A stretch of 64,000 bases of DNA. Origin: Alphaproteobacteria bacterium. GTDB taxonomy: Bacteria; Pseudomonadota; Alphaproteobacteria; MPNO01. The stretch is taken from contig OZ219866.1 in assembly GCA_964291675.2 (NCBI GenBank), forward strand, positions 2,016,001 through 2,080,000. The letters are read 5' to 3'. A model generated the notes under the pieces. The model made no database searches. It worked only from the letters and a program-made list of their open reading frames with translations, and was not told the DNA's origin. Within the stretch, counting starts at the first letter, position 1, and every line of letters starts with the position of its first letter. Shown one piece after another: positions 53,316-63,292 of this stretch. The position numbers were made by a program, and so were the translations under genes.

Positions 53316-54371
53316 CTAGCGGCGCTTCAGCCCGCTCCAGAAGTTCTTCGAGGACGCCGCGAACTTCTCGGAATACGCCTTCATCTTGCCGTAGACCTCG
53401 CGCGCCGGCAGCCCCTTGCCCTCCAGCCCGGCGAGCCTGGCCTCGGTGACGCCCTGGGCGATGCGCTTGAACTTGGCGTCCTCGGCCTCGGACAGGTGGA
53501 TCGTCTCGCCGCCCTCGCGCACCAGATACGCCTTGCCGGGGGCGTCGGCCGCGTCCCACATGCGCCCGACCTCGCGCGCGATCCCGGTCGTCGACGAGGT
53601 GACGAGGTCCTGGTGAGCCTTGGACAGCTTGCCGAACGTCTTGGGGTTCATGACGACCGAGAAGCTGGAGACGTAGGAGTACATCTCGGTCGTGTGCTTG
53701 ACGAGGCCGCCCAGCTTGAATGCGGTATGCGCCCCGCCATAGTCGATGAACACGCCGTCGATGGTGCCCTTCTGCAGGCCGTCGGCGATCTGGGTCGGCG
53801 GCATCCCGACCGGCGTGCCGCCGAGCGCGCCCACCCACTCGCGAATGGTCGGCGAGGCGAAGCGGATGCGCAGCCCCTTCATGTCCTCGGCGGTTCGTAC
53901 CGCGCGCGTCCTTGTGTGCAGATTGCCGGGCTGGTGCGTCAGGAGGTAGAGCACCTTGAGCCCGCGATGCTCCTTGTCCAGCACCTCCCGCAAATCGGGC
54001 TGGTTGAGAACCAGCGTGCCGACCTCCGCGCTCGGCACCGTGTAGGGCAGCTGGATCAGCTCGTTCAACGGGAAGCGGCCCGGCGTCGCGCCATGCAGGA
54101 TCCAGGTGAAGTCGGCGACCCCCTTGCGCGCGATGTCGTAGTACTTGGGCGGCGGGCCCATCTGGGCGCCGTGATAGAGGGCGATCTTCATCCCCCCGAT
54201 CGACAGCGCTTCGAGCTTGGCGGCCCAGGCGGTGATGTATTTCGACATGAAATGGCCCGCCGGCACGAAGCCCGCGTATTTGAGCTCGACCGTCTTGGCG
54301 ACGGCGGACGGCACCCAGACGAGCGCCGCGACGGAAGCGGCAATCAATGCGTGCTTGTACGGCTTCATCAT
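53316..54371 (-). CDS. dctP: TRAP transporter substrate-binding protein
   Basis: Signal peptide; TPGRFP, EDMKGLRIR and LQKGTIDG motifs. Confidence 0.9.
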   Translation of the reverse strand: MMKPYKHALIAASVAALVWVPSAVAKTVELKYAGFVPAGHFMSKYITAWAAKLEALSIGGMKIALYHGAQMGPPPKYYDIARKGVADFTWILHGATPGRFPLNELIQLPYTVPSAEVGTLVLNQPDLREVLDKEHRGLKVLYLLTHQPGNLHTRTRAVRTAEDMKGLRIRFASPTIREWVGALGGTPVGMPPTQIADGLQKGTIDGVFIDYGGAHTAFKLGGLVKHTTEMYSYVSSFSVVMNPKTFGKLSKAHQDLVTSSTTGIAREVGRMWDAADAPGKAYLVREGGETIHLSEAEDAKFKRIAQGVTEARLAGLEGKGLPAREVYGKMKAYSEKFAASSKNFWSGLKRR

Positions 54372-54507
54372 GATCGCATCCTCCCCTGGGGGCCGTTGCA
54401 CTGCGCCCCGAATCCGTCTTGTTGCCGGTCATCTTAGCGAGAACGGGGCCGACGACGAAAGCGCCATTGCCGGGCGGCGGCCCGCCGCGCTCTTCACCCG
54501 GCGGCGG

Positions 54508-55701
54508 TCACGCGCCGTTGAAGGGGCTTGCCGGATCGCGGCCCATCAACCGCCCCCAGACGTCGAAGAACTCGCGCACCGACCGGTCGTCCTGGCCGGT
54601 GCCGCCTTCCTCGCGGGCATGGATGCTGTAGGGAATCGCGTCGCCCCGCATCGCCATCATCTGGAGCTCGGTCGCGAGATTGTCTTCCGGCACGTTGCGC
54701 CCGAACGGTCCCCAGACGTCGTTGTGGTGGCGGATGCGCATGGCGCGGACGTCCTCGGGCTCGCCCTTGACCCCGAGACCGCGGAACTCGACCAGCGTCC
54801 TGGTCGGGCTCACCGGGATCTGGCTGTCGATCCGCACCACGGTCGTGCGCACGTTGATCATCACGTCGGGAAACAGGTCGACGATGATCCATTCGTCGGG
54901 CTGCAGGCCGGGGAGCGGTTGCAGGCGGGCCTCGTCCGAACCGTAATGGGTGCCGCTCGCGTAGTCCGGCTTGAACGAGCCGAACACCAGATGGCCGTTC
55001 GGCAGATAGGTGAACTCGCGCTCGAAGAACTCCTTCCGGCTGAGATTCGTCTGCCGGTTATAGACGTGCATGATTTCGTGGTAGGGCTCGTTGTTGGTGA
55101 GCTGCCACAGCTTCCAGTTCGACTCCAGCGAGGCGCGGTGGAAATGGAACGGCTCCAGCGGACGCTCGCCCAGCACCGTCTCCAGCGGGCTCAGCGCATC
55201 GCCCAGAAACGCATCGAGCGGCTCCGCGTCGTCGTCGAGATTGACGAAGACCAGGCCCAGCCGGACCTCGGTCCGCACCTCGCGCAGCCCGACCTTGGAC
55301 CGGTCGATGTCGCAATGCCGGTAGGCCTCGTCGCGCGGAATGGCGATGCAGCTCCCCCGGTTGTCGTAGACCCAGCGGTGGAACACGCAGGTCCAGCTCC
55401 GGGCGTTGCCCGCGGGCTCCGTAACCACCACGGTGCCGCGATGCGAGCACGAGTTGACAAAGGTCCGCACCCTCCCGTCGGCGCCGCGCGCGACGACCAG
55501 CGGCTTGTCGGCCACCCGGGTGGTGCGGAAATCGTTGACCTCGGGGATCTCCCCCTCGTGGCAGACGAATTTCCAGACGCTCCCGAAGATCCTCGCCTGC
55601 TCCTCGCGGAACAGGGCTTCGTCGGTGTAAATCGCGTTGTCTACGAAGTGGGTGCGGGGAAGCGCCGGAACCGCCTCCCACTCGGCGCTGGTCCTCGACA
55701 C
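54508..55701 (-). CDS. Rieske oxygenase alpha subunit, methanesulfonate monooxygenase (MsmA)-like
   Basis: CSHRG...CVFH Rieske motif; NNEPYHEIMH iron ligands; C-terminal EFRGLG...HNDVWGPFGRN..ED recalled as typical of the MsmA group; GGAGG before GTG 55701. Confidence 0.8.
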   Translation of the reverse strand: MSRTSAEWEAVPALPRTHFVDNAIYTDEALFREEQARIFGSVWKFVCHEGEIPEVNDFRTTRVADKPLVVARGADGRVRTFVNSCSHRGTVVVTEPAGNARSWTCVFHRWVYDNRGSCIAIPRDEAYRHCDIDRSKVGLREVRTEVRLGLVFVNLDDDAEPLDAFLGDALSPLETVLGERPLEPFHFHRASLESNWKLWQLTNNEPYHEIMHVYNRQTNLSRKEFFEREFTYLPNGHLVFGSFKPDYASGTHYGSDEARLQPLPGLQPDEWIIVDLFPDVMINVRTTVVRIDSQIPVSPTRTLVEFRGLGVKGEPEDVRAMRIRHHNDVWGPFGRNVPEDNLATELQMMAMRGDAIPYSIHAREEGGTGQDDRSVREFFDVWGRLMGRDPASPFNGA

Positions 55702-55850
55702 GGCTGTTCCTCCAGGGTGCGATCCGGGGCACATCCGATCCGTCGATCAGGCCGCGACGGTAGTGCAATCCCGAACGAGGGTCAACGCGACCGGCACGCC
55801 GCGACCGGCAGCCGGCGTCCGGTCCACGAATCCGGACCCGAGGCCGGGAT

Positions 55851-56927
55851 CTACTCCGCCGCCAGCGACCGCTTGTGGATTTCGGTCAGCCCGAACAGCC
55901 GTTCGGCGTTCTTCCAGGCGATCGCCTCGTAGGCTTCGGTGGAGATCGAGGACAGGGTCTGCACCGACTGCGCCACGTTCATGTGCGCGTCGGGGTGGGG
56001 GTAGTCGGTGCCGACCAGGAACTTGTCCACGCCGTACTTGCCGATCACGTGTTCCAGCAGCGACTCGTCGAGCCCGACGGCGTGGTGGAACATCTCGAAA
56101 TACTCGTGCGGCGCGCGCTTGTTCATCGGCCGTCCGCGGATGTCGAAGTTGTGATAGGCGAGCGGCGATTCGAAGGTCTCGACGGTGTCGCGCAGCCGGT
56201 CTTCCAGGAACGGCAGGAAGCTCACCCCCGCCTCGGCGAACAGGAGCTTCAGCCCGGGGAAGCGGTCGAGCAGGCCGGAATAGATCAGGCAGACCATGGC
56301 GTGCATGTAGTCGAAGGGGAAGCCCAGGCAGTTGTGCAGCCGCCAGCGGTCGAAACGCTCGTGGCCGATCTGCCTGCTGTCCGCATCGCCATGGAAGGCG
56401 ACGACCACGCCGAGACGCTCGGCCTCGGCGAACAGATCCCATAGCGGCAGCTCGTCGATCCGCCCGCCATCGACATTGGGACAGACTACCGCGCAGCGCA
56501 GCTTGTGCACGCCGACGCAGCGCTCCAGCTCGTCGATCGCCTCGTCCGGGTGCTGCATGGTCAGGCAGAACGTCGCGATTAGCCTGCCGCCCGAGCGGTG
56601 CTCCGCATCGGCCATCCCGTCATTGTGGTTCCGCACCAGGTCGCGCGCCTCGCCGGCATCGGCGATCTCGTTGTAGACGCCGGAGTGGTTGGGAAACAGA
56701 AGCTGGCAATCGATGCCAAGCCGGTCGACGTCGCGCAGCCGGCGCTCGACGCTGCAGGTCTGCTCGACCGGGATCGAGTGGGCGACGCGCGGGTGGTTGC
56801 GTCCCAGGAAGCGCATCGTCGCTCCGGCGCCGTCCGCGACGATGCGCGGCCGCAAGTGCCGATGCGGCCCCGCCATCGCGTCATAGGCCGCCTTGGGCAG
56901 AAAATGCGAATCCGCGTCGAACAGCAT
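55851..56927 (-). CDS. Amidohydrolase-2 family protein (ACMSD/LigW-like decarboxylase or hydratase)
   Basis: DADSH, VAFHG, LDRFPGLKLLFAEAG and GTDYPH motifs; ATG at 56927. Confidence 0.86.
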   Translation of the reverse strand: MLFDADSHFLPKAAYDAMAGPHRHLRPRIVADGAGATMRFLGRNHPRVAHSIPVEQTCSVERRLRDVDRLGIDCQLLFPNHSGVYNEIADAGEARDLVRNHNDGMADAEHRSGGRLIATFCLTMQHPDEAIDELERCVGVHKLRCAVVCPNVDGGRIDELPLWDLFAEAERLGVVVAFHGDADSRQIGHERFDRWRLHNCLGFPFDYMHAMVCLIYSGLLDRFPGLKLLFAEAGVSFLPFLEDRLRDTVETFESPLAYHNFDIRGRPMNKRAPHEYFEMFHHAVGLDESLLEHVIGKYGVDKFLVGTDYPHPDAHMNVAQSVQTLSSISTEAYEAIAWKNAERLFGLTEIHKRSLAAE

Positions 56928-57194
56928 GGGGGATCCTCCGGATGCCGGGCGTACGGGACCGAGCTCCGCCGAGCGGCGGGCAGGGAAGGTTACTCGCAGC
57001 GGAGTCGTCTTTCCAGGCCGTTTCCGAGAGCACGGACGGTCCGATCGACCCCGGCGAGGCGGCGGGTGGACGCCTCCGGTGCGGATATTCGATGGATCGG
57101 GCCTCGACGAATTCGCGATTGCCCGTAAACTGACCGGCAATGGCGACCCGGCGAGAGCGCGCCGGCGTCGCCGAACGGGAGGAGGAGAACGGCG

Positions 57195-58145
57195 ATGTCC
57201 GTGGCCTTGGCCTGCTTTTCTCACAGCCCGCTCCAGCTCGGCTATCTCCCGCCCGACGACCGCGCCGCGCGCGACGGATGGCAGCTTGCGCTGGACGACC
57301 TCGCCGGCTGGGTCGGCGACTACGACCCGGAGCTGGTCGCCGTCTTCTATCCCGACCACTTCAACGCCTTCTTCTACCGGGCCATGCCGTCCTTCTGCAT
57401 CGGAACCGAAGCGCGCGGCGGCTGCGATTGGGGCACCGAACCCGGCCCCCTCGACGTCCCGGAGGCGACCGCGCTGGATTGCATCGAGGCCGTGCGGAAG
57501 GCCGGGGTCGATGTCGCGTTGTCCCGCCGGATGCTGGTCGATCACGGCGTGACGCTGCCGCTCAATTCGTTCTGCGGCGGTCTGGCGGCCCGGCCGTGCC
57601 TGCCCATCATGGTCAACGGCAACGCGCCGCCCTATCCGAGCTTCGAGCGCGTGCGCCTGTTCGGCGAGGCCGTCGGGCGCTTCCTCGCGGGGCTGGGCAA
57701 GCGGGTCCTGATCGTGGGCTCGGGCGGGCTGTCCCACGATCCGCCCAATGCCGGGCCGGCGATGTTCGCGCAAGGCTTGCCCGAACGGCTGATCGAGGGC
57801 GGAGAGGCGACCCCGGCGGACTACGAGAAGCGTCAGGCGCGGGTCGTCCAGGCCGGGCGCGACCTCGCCGCCGGGCAGCGCCCCTGCCTCCCGCCGGACC
57901 CTGCCTGGGACATGGCCTTCATGGAGTCGCTCCGCAGCGGCGAGCTCGACGCCTATGACGATGCCGACGACGACGCGCTGTCGGCCGTGGGCGGGGTCGG
58001 TGTCCACGAGGTCCGGGCCTGGACGGCCGCTTTCGCGGCGATGCGCGCGGCCGGCCCCTACGAGGCCACCGTCGACTGCTACTTCGCAATCCCCGAATGG
58101 CTGACCGGCATGGGGATCATGCGGGCGGAGACGGTGGACGCCTGA
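57195..58145 (+). CDS. mhpB: 3-(2,3-dihydroxyphenyl)propionate 1,2-dioxygenase-type extradiol dioxygenase
   Basis: SHSPL, PDHFNAFFY..MPSFCIG, VDHG, SGGLSHDPP, HEVRAW and YFAIPEWLTG motifs. Confidence 0.88.
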   Translation: MSVALACFSHSPLQLGYLPPDDRAARDGWQLALDDLAGWVGDYDPELVAVFYPDHFNAFFYRAMPSFCIGTEARGGCDWGTEPGPLDVPEATALDCIEAVRKAGVDVALSRRMLVDHGVTLPLNSFCGGLAARPCLPIMVNGNAPPYPSFERVRLFGEAVGRFLAGLGKRVLIVGSGGLSHDPPNAGPAMFAQGLPERLIEGGEATPADYEKRQARVVQAGRDLAAGQRPCLPPDPAWDMAFMESLRSGELDAYDDADDDALSAVGGVGVHEVRAWTAAFAAMRAAGPYEATVDCYFAIPEWLTGMGIMRAETVDA

Positions 58146-58195
58146 GCTGCGCGCGCGGGTGCGACCGGGCACCGGGGCGCGCAGGTCGTGAGCCC

Positions 58196-58933
58196 GTGAC
58201 CGTCGCCTGGCACTGCTTTTTCCATCGGGCCGCGCCGGCCGGCGGCCTGTCCGATGCCGAGCGCGAGAAGGTGGCGGAGGCGGTCCGCGGCTCCCCCGGG
58301 CTGCGCACGGGGTACGTCCACTCGCCGTCGCCCGCGCCCCATCCCCACGCCGGCCAGGACATCGCGCCCCTGCTGGCGCTTGAGCTGGAGTTTGCGGACG
58401 TTGCGGATTGCGAAGCCGCGCTCCGGCAAGAGGGCGGGTTGCGCCGGCTTGCCGATCCCGGCTTCGTGCCGGGCCTGGCCGGAACGGCGGCGTCGCAACA
58501 GGGAATGCTCCGCCGCCTCTATGCCGTCCCCGATCCGGCCGGGGACGGGGCCGCCGGCCTCTGCTCCTACCTCGTCCACTACCCCGGCCCGGCGGAGGAC
58601 GAGCAGGCCTGGCTCGACCACTACACGACCCGGCACGCGCCGCTGATGAGCGCCTTGCCCGGGGTCCGGGCGGTCGCGGTCGACACGCCCTCTGTCGTCG
58701 TGTCGGGACTGCCGTTCCCGTTCGCCGGGGCGCTGCTTCGCAACAAGGTCGCGTTTGATTCCGCCGAGGCGCTGTCGAGCGCGCTCGCTTCGCCCGCCCG
58801 AGAGGCGCTGCGCGCGGATGCGGCGGCGTTTCCGCCCCATGCCGGCGGCAGCGTCCATGTGCCGATGGATACGCTGGTCGTGCCCGGCGGCGATTCACCC
58901 CGGTCCGCGCGACGGTCTGCGCATCGACCTTGA
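58196..58933 (+). CDS. EthD-like dimeric alpha/beta barrel protein (two modules)
   Basis: YLVHYPGPAEDEQAWLDHYTTRHAPLMSALPGVR...NKVAFDSAEALSSALASP; start approximate. Confidence 0.72.
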   Translation: MTVAWHCFFHRAAPAGGLSDAEREKVAEAVRGSPGLRTGYVHSPSPAPHPHAGQDIAPLLALELEFADVADCEAALRQEGGLRRLADPGFVPGLAGTAASQQGMLRRLYAVPDPAGDGAAGLCSYLVHYPGPAEDEQAWLDHYTTRHAPLMSALPGVRAVAVDTPSVVVSGLPFPFAGALLRNKVAFDSAEALSSALASPAREALRADAAAFPPHAGGSVHVPMDTLVVPGGDSPRSARRSAHRP

Positions 58934-58989
58934 CCCCTCCCGCCCCGGCCCATCTAATTCCCGACGGAAACAACGGGAGGACAGCCACC

Positions 58990-60018
58990 ATGTGGTCCAG
59001 GACGGCTCTGGCTTTGGGTTTGGTTGCCGCGTTCGCGCTGTCCGGCGCCGAGGCCGCCGAGAAGACCTTCAATCTGCGTTACGCGCACCATCTTCCGGCG
59101 AAGTTCCCGCTGCACACCAAGGGGATGGTGCCGTGGGCGAAGTCGGTCGAGGACGCGTCGGGCGGGACGATCAAGATCACCATCTTCCCGTCGCAGCAGC
59201 TTGGCAAGGCCAAGGATCAATACGACATGGCGAAGGACGGCATCGTCGATATCGCCTGGTACAACCCGGGCTTCATCCCGGGCCGATGGCCGATAATCTC
59301 GGCGATCGAGCTGCCATTGCTGGTGTCGGACAGCCGGCCCGCATCGACGGCCCTGACCGAGTGGTACCGGAAATATGCCCAGCACGAGATGAACGACGTG
59401 CACTTCTGCCTCGCGCATGCGCTGGAGCCGGGCGTCATCTCCAGCAAGCCCAGGAAAATCGTAATGCCGCAGGATCTCAAGGGCCTGAAGGTCCGGCCGA
59501 TGAACGGCACCATCGCCCGTCTGGTCAAGGATCTCGGGGGCAGCAGCGTCTACGCGCCCGGCGGAGATACGCGCGATCTCGTCGAGCGGGGCATCGCCGA
59601 CGCGGTGTTCTTCTCGTGGAACTCGATGCAGATCTGGGGCATCCACAAGCCTCTCAAGTACCATATGGATTTCCCCATCGCGTCGACCGCCTTCATCTGG
59701 GTCATGAACAAGGGGACCTACGCCAAATTCTCGCCGGCGCAGAAGAAGGTGATCGACGCGCATTGCACGCCGGAATGGGCGCGCAAGGTGACGGAGGCGT
59801 TCACCGAGTGGGAATTCCTCGGCCGCACCAAGCTGCAGAAGATGAAGGGGCACGAGGTGTACACCATCCCGCGGGAAGCCCAGGACGCATGGCACGCGGC
59901 GGCGAAGCCGATCCGCGCCCACTGGGCGGAAGGGGCGGCCAAGAAGGGTATCGACGCGAACAAGGCCTATGAGGAGCTGATCGCGGCGTTGAAGAAGCAC
60001 GACGCGCTGCTCCAGTAG
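58990..60018 (+). CDS. dctP: TRAP transporter substrate-binding protein (aromatic acid type)
   Basis: Signal peptide; FPSQQLGKAKDQYDMAKDG, PGRWP and DLKGLKVR motifs. Confidence 0.9.
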   Translation: MWSRTALALGLVAAFALSGAEAAEKTFNLRYAHHLPAKFPLHTKGMVPWAKSVEDASGGTIKITIFPSQQLGKAKDQYDMAKDGIVDIAWYNPGFIPGRWPIISAIELPLLVSDSRPASTALTEWYRKYAQHEMNDVHFCLAHALEPGVISSKPRKIVMPQDLKGLKVRPMNGTIARLVKDLGGSSVYAPGGDTRDLVERGIADAVFFSWNSMQIWGIHKPLKYHMDFPIASTAFIWVMNKGTYAKFSPAQKKVIDAHCTPEWARKVTEAFTEWEFLGRTKLQKMKGHEVYTIPREAQDAWHAAAKPIRAHWAEGAAKKGIDANKAYEELIAALKKHDALLQ

Positions 60019-60030
60019 CGCCGCGCCGGC

Positions 60031-60077
60031 CGCGGGATCGGGTGGGGCGCGCGAACCCGCACCCCATCCGCTCCGCG
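60031..60077 (+). terminator. GC-rich intercistronic hairpin between dctP and dctQ (stabiliser or partial terminator)
   Basis: CGGGTGGGGCGC pairs imperfectly with GCACCCCATCCG, with an outer CGCGG/CCGCG stem; no U-tract. Confidence 0.5.
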
Positions 60078-60598
60078 TGATCGCGGGCGTTCCGGACCTG
60101 CTGCAAATGGTTCAAAAGGCGATCTCCGGCATCGAGATTCTGGCCGGGCTGTTCCTTGCCTTCGTCGCCGCGCTGACATTCGCCTCCGTCATCCTGCGCT
60201 ATCTGTTCAGCTTCCCCGTCCCCGACAGCTTCGACATCGGACGGCTGATGATCGGGGTCGTCGTCTTTTGGGGCATCGCGGTTGCCGGCTATCGCGACGA
60301 GCACATCCAGATGGACGTGCTCTGGACCCTGGTCGGGCCGCGCGGCAAGCGGCTGATCGATATCTTCGCCACCGCCTGCTCGCTCGCCGCGATGGCCGTC
60401 TTCGCGCGAATGCTGGTGCGCAAGATCGTCGTGACCTACGAGACCACGTCGCAGACCTTCGATCTGCGGCTCGACATCTGGCCGTTCTACGTCCTGGCCT
60501 GGATCGGCATCGTCGCGGCGACGGTCCTGCTGGCGGTCCGCCTGTGGCGGCTGATGCGCCCGGGCGCCGCGGCCACCGGCGCGACGACGCCCGGATAG
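60077..60598 (+). CDS. dctQ: TRAP transporter small permease
   Basis: VILRYLF...PDSFD and EHIQMDVL motifs. Confidence 0.86.
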   Translation: MIAGVPDLLQMVQKAISGIEILAGLFLAFVAALTFASVILRYLFSFPVPDSFDIGRLMIGVVVFWGIAVAGYRDEHIQMDVLWTLVGPRGKRLIDIFATACSLAAMAVFARMLVRKIVVTYETTSQTFDLRLDIWPFYVLAWIGIVAATVLLAVRLWRLMRPGAAATGATTPG

Positions 60599-60609
60599 CG
60601 GCGGCGCGG

Positions 60610-61911
60610 GTGGACAACGACCTCATCGCGGGGCTCGGCTTCGTCGTCCTGTTCGCGCTCATGCTGCTGCGCGTTCCCGTCGGCATCGCCATGGCGATCG
60701 TCGGCATCGGCGGCTTCGCCGGCCTGAGCGGCATCGAGCCGGCGCTGCGCCTGGTGGCGCTGTCGCCGATCCGCAACGCCACCGACTTCGCGTTCGGCCT
60801 GATCCCGCTGTTCATCCTCATGGGCGCGTTCGCCAGCGCCTCCGGGATGAGCCGCGAGCTGTTCCGCGCCGGCAACGCCTGGCTCGGGCATCGCCGCGGC
60901 GGCCTGTCGCTGGCCACGCTCTCCGCCTGCGCCGGCTTCGCGGCGATCTGCGGCTCCTCGGTCGCGACGTCGGCGACGATGGCCAGGGTCGCGCTGCCGG
61001 AGATGCGCGACTACGGCTACAGCCGCAGCATCTCCACCGGCGTGATCGCCGCGGGCGGGACGCTCGGCATTCTCATCCCGCCGTCGGTGGTGCTGGCGGT
61101 GTACGGCATCATCACCCAGCAGGATATCGGCCGCCTGTTCGTCGCCGCCTTCATTCCGGGCCTGCTGGCGGTGGCGATGTACATGACCACCGTGCAGATC
61201 ATCGCCTGGCTCAACCCCGACGCGGTGCCGGCCGGGACCCGCGCGTCCTGGCGGGAGCGGATCGCCTCGCTGCGCAACGTCTGGGCGGTGGCGCTGGTGT
61301 TCTTCTTCGTGATCGGCGGGATCTACGGCGGCGTGTTCACCCCCACCGAGGCCGCGGGCATGGGGGCGGCCGGCGCTTTCCTGATCGCCGCGATGCGGCG
61401 CAGCCTGACCCCCCGGCAGACCCTCGACTGCCTGATCGAGAGCGTCCGCACCACCGGGGCGGTATTCACCATCCTGATCGGGGCGCTGCTGTTCGGCGTC
61501 TTCCTCGCCGTTACCCAGACGCCGCAGAAGCTGACCGACCTGCTGCTCGCGCTGCCGATCGGGCCTTACGGCATCCTGCTGCTGTTGCTGCTGTTCTACC
61601 TGGTCCTCGGCTGCCTGATGGATTCCCTGGCGATGATCATCCTGACGGTGCCGATCATCTTTCCGGCGATCGTCGATCTCGGCTTCGACCCCATCTGGTT
61701 CGGCGTCGTCGTGGTCATGACGGTGGAGCTGGGGTTGATCACGCCGCCCTTCGGCCTCAACGTCTTCGTCATCCGCGGCGTTGCCAGGGACGTGAAGCTG
61801 TCGACCATCTACCGCGGCGTGGCGCCGTTCATCGTCACCGATATCCTGCGGATTCTGCTGCTGGTCATGTTCCCGTCCATCGTTCTGTTCCTGCCCGACA
61901 CGATGGGATGA
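60610..61911 (+). CDS. dctM: TRAP transporter large permease
   Basis: IPLFILMG, CGSSVAT, LIPPS, TPTEAAG and DPIWFG motifs; GTG start at 60610. Confidence 0.92.
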   Translation: MDNDLIAGLGFVVLFALMLLRVPVGIAMAIVGIGGFAGLSGIEPALRLVALSPIRNATDFAFGLIPLFILMGAFASASGMSRELFRAGNAWLGHRRGGLSLATLSACAGFAAICGSSVATSATMARVALPEMRDYGYSRSISTGVIAAGGTLGILIPPSVVLAVYGIITQQDIGRLFVAAFIPGLLAVAMYMTTVQIIAWLNPDAVPAGTRASWRERIASLRNVWAVALVFFFVIGGIYGGVFTPTEAAGMGAAGAFLIAAMRRSLTPRQTLDCLIESVRTTGAVFTILIGALLFGVFLAVTQTPQKLTDLLLALPIGPYGILLLLLLFYLVLGCLMDSLAMIILTVPIIFPAIVDLGFDPIWFGVVVVMTVELGLITPPFGLNVFVIRGVARDVKLSTIYRGVAPFIVTDILRILLLVMFPSIVLFLPDTMG

Positions 61912-61975
61912 CGGCGGCGGGTTTCCCATTCCTCTGCCCGGCGCTTAGGATAGGGGGCAAGCGGGGAGCCCGGAT

Positions 61976-63286
61976 ATGACTGGCCCGATCCCGGTTGAAA
62001 GCCTGGTCGAACCCGGCCGCGTCCATCGACGCGTCTACGCCGATCCCGACATCTTCGAGATGGAGCTGGAGCGCCTATTCGGGCGCGCCTGGATCTTCGT
62101 GGCGCATGAGAGCCAGCTTCGCCGGCCGGGCGATTTCCTGCGCGCACGAATCGGGCGCGAGCCGCTGCTCGTCGTCCGGGGCGAGGACGGCGAAATCCGC
62201 GTCATGCGCAATCGGTGCCTGCATCGCGGGATGCTGGTGTGCATCGCCCGAAGCGGCAACGTCGAGCGGTTCGCATGCCCTTACCACGGCTGGGTCTATG
62301 GCCGGGACGGGCGGCTGCTGGGCGTCCCCCAGCCCGACGGATATGCCAGCCCGCGCGCCCTCGGCGGCGCCGATTCCGGGCTGGCCCCGGTGCCCAGGAC
62401 CGGCAGCTACCGCGGTTTCGTGTTCGCCAGCCTCGCCAGGGACGGTCCCGACCTGCGCAGCTTTCTCGGCCCCGCCGCGAAGGCTCTCGACAACCTCGTC
62501 GACCGCGCCCCCGAGGGCGAGATCGAGCTCGCGGGCGGCGGCTTCCGCCAGGACTACCCGGGAAACTGGAAGCTGCACATCGAGAACGCCAACGACCTGG
62601 TGCATCCGACCTTCGTCCACGATTCCTCGATCGGCGTCGGCCGCGATTTCGAGACCGGCGCGGCAGAGGACGCGGCGACGCAGCAGGCGCTGCAAATGTA
62701 CGCGGCCAACGGGATTCCGCTGTCGGCGATGTCCCAAGCGGGAACCCGCGGCTTCGCGCGCGGCCACAGCTATATCGGCGGGTTCTACGAATCCGGCATG
62801 ATCTCGGCCATGCCCGACACGCCCGAATTCAACGCCTATCGCGCGCTTCTCGCCGCCCGGCTCGGTGCCGAGCGAGCCGATGCGGTGCTCGGCTGGGACA
62901 CCTACAACCACCTGATCTATCCCAACCTCGTGCTCAACCCGCGGTTCCAGTCGATGCGCGTCGTCGAGCCCGTCGCGGTCGACCGCACGATCGCGCACAG
63001 CTTCTGCTTCCGCCTGAAGGGAGCGCCGCAATGGCTCTACGAGAGCGCGGTGCGGTTTCTCACCACGCTCAACTCTCCGGCCTCGCTGATCGCCACGGAC
63101 GATCTCGAAATCTACACCGGGTGCCAGACCGGGTTCGCCGCGGCCGAGCCCGAATGGATCGACCTGGGGCGCGAGGAGGGCCGCGACCGGCCGCTCGACG
63201 ACGGCGGCTACGCGGGGTCGGGCACCAGCGAGCTGCCGATACGGACGCAATACCGCGCCTGGCTCGACTATATGCGGTCCGGGTGA
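61976..63286 (+). CDS. Aromatic ring-hydroxylating dioxygenase alpha subunit
   Basis: CLHRG...CPYHGW, NWKLHIENANDLVHPTFVH and DDLE motifs. Confidence 0.92.
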   Translation: MTGPIPVESLVEPGRVHRRVYADPDIFEMELERLFGRAWIFVAHESQLRRPGDFLRARIGREPLLVVRGEDGEIRVMRNRCLHRGMLVCIARSGNVERFACPYHGWVYGRDGRLLGVPQPDGYASPRALGGADSGLAPVPRTGSYRGFVFASLARDGPDLRSFLGPAAKALDNLVDRAPEGEIELAGGGFRQDYPGNWKLHIENANDLVHPTFVHDSSIGVGRDFETGAAEDAATQQALQMYAANGIPLSAMSQAGTRGFARGHSYIGGFYESGMISAMPDTPEFNAYRALLAARLGAERADAVLGWDTYNHLIYPNLVLNPRFQSMRVVEPVAVDRTIAHSFCFRLKGAPQWLYESAVRFLTTLNSPASLIATDDLEIYTGCQTGFAAAEPEWIDLGREEGRDRPLDDGGYAGSGTSELPIRTQYRAWLDYMRSG

Positions 63287-63292
63287 GCGCCG

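Noticed and set aside
57118-57141. Short inverted repeat ATTGCC-N12-GGCAAT upstream of mhpB
   Set aside because: Only 6-bp arms and no cognate regulator; could be chance.
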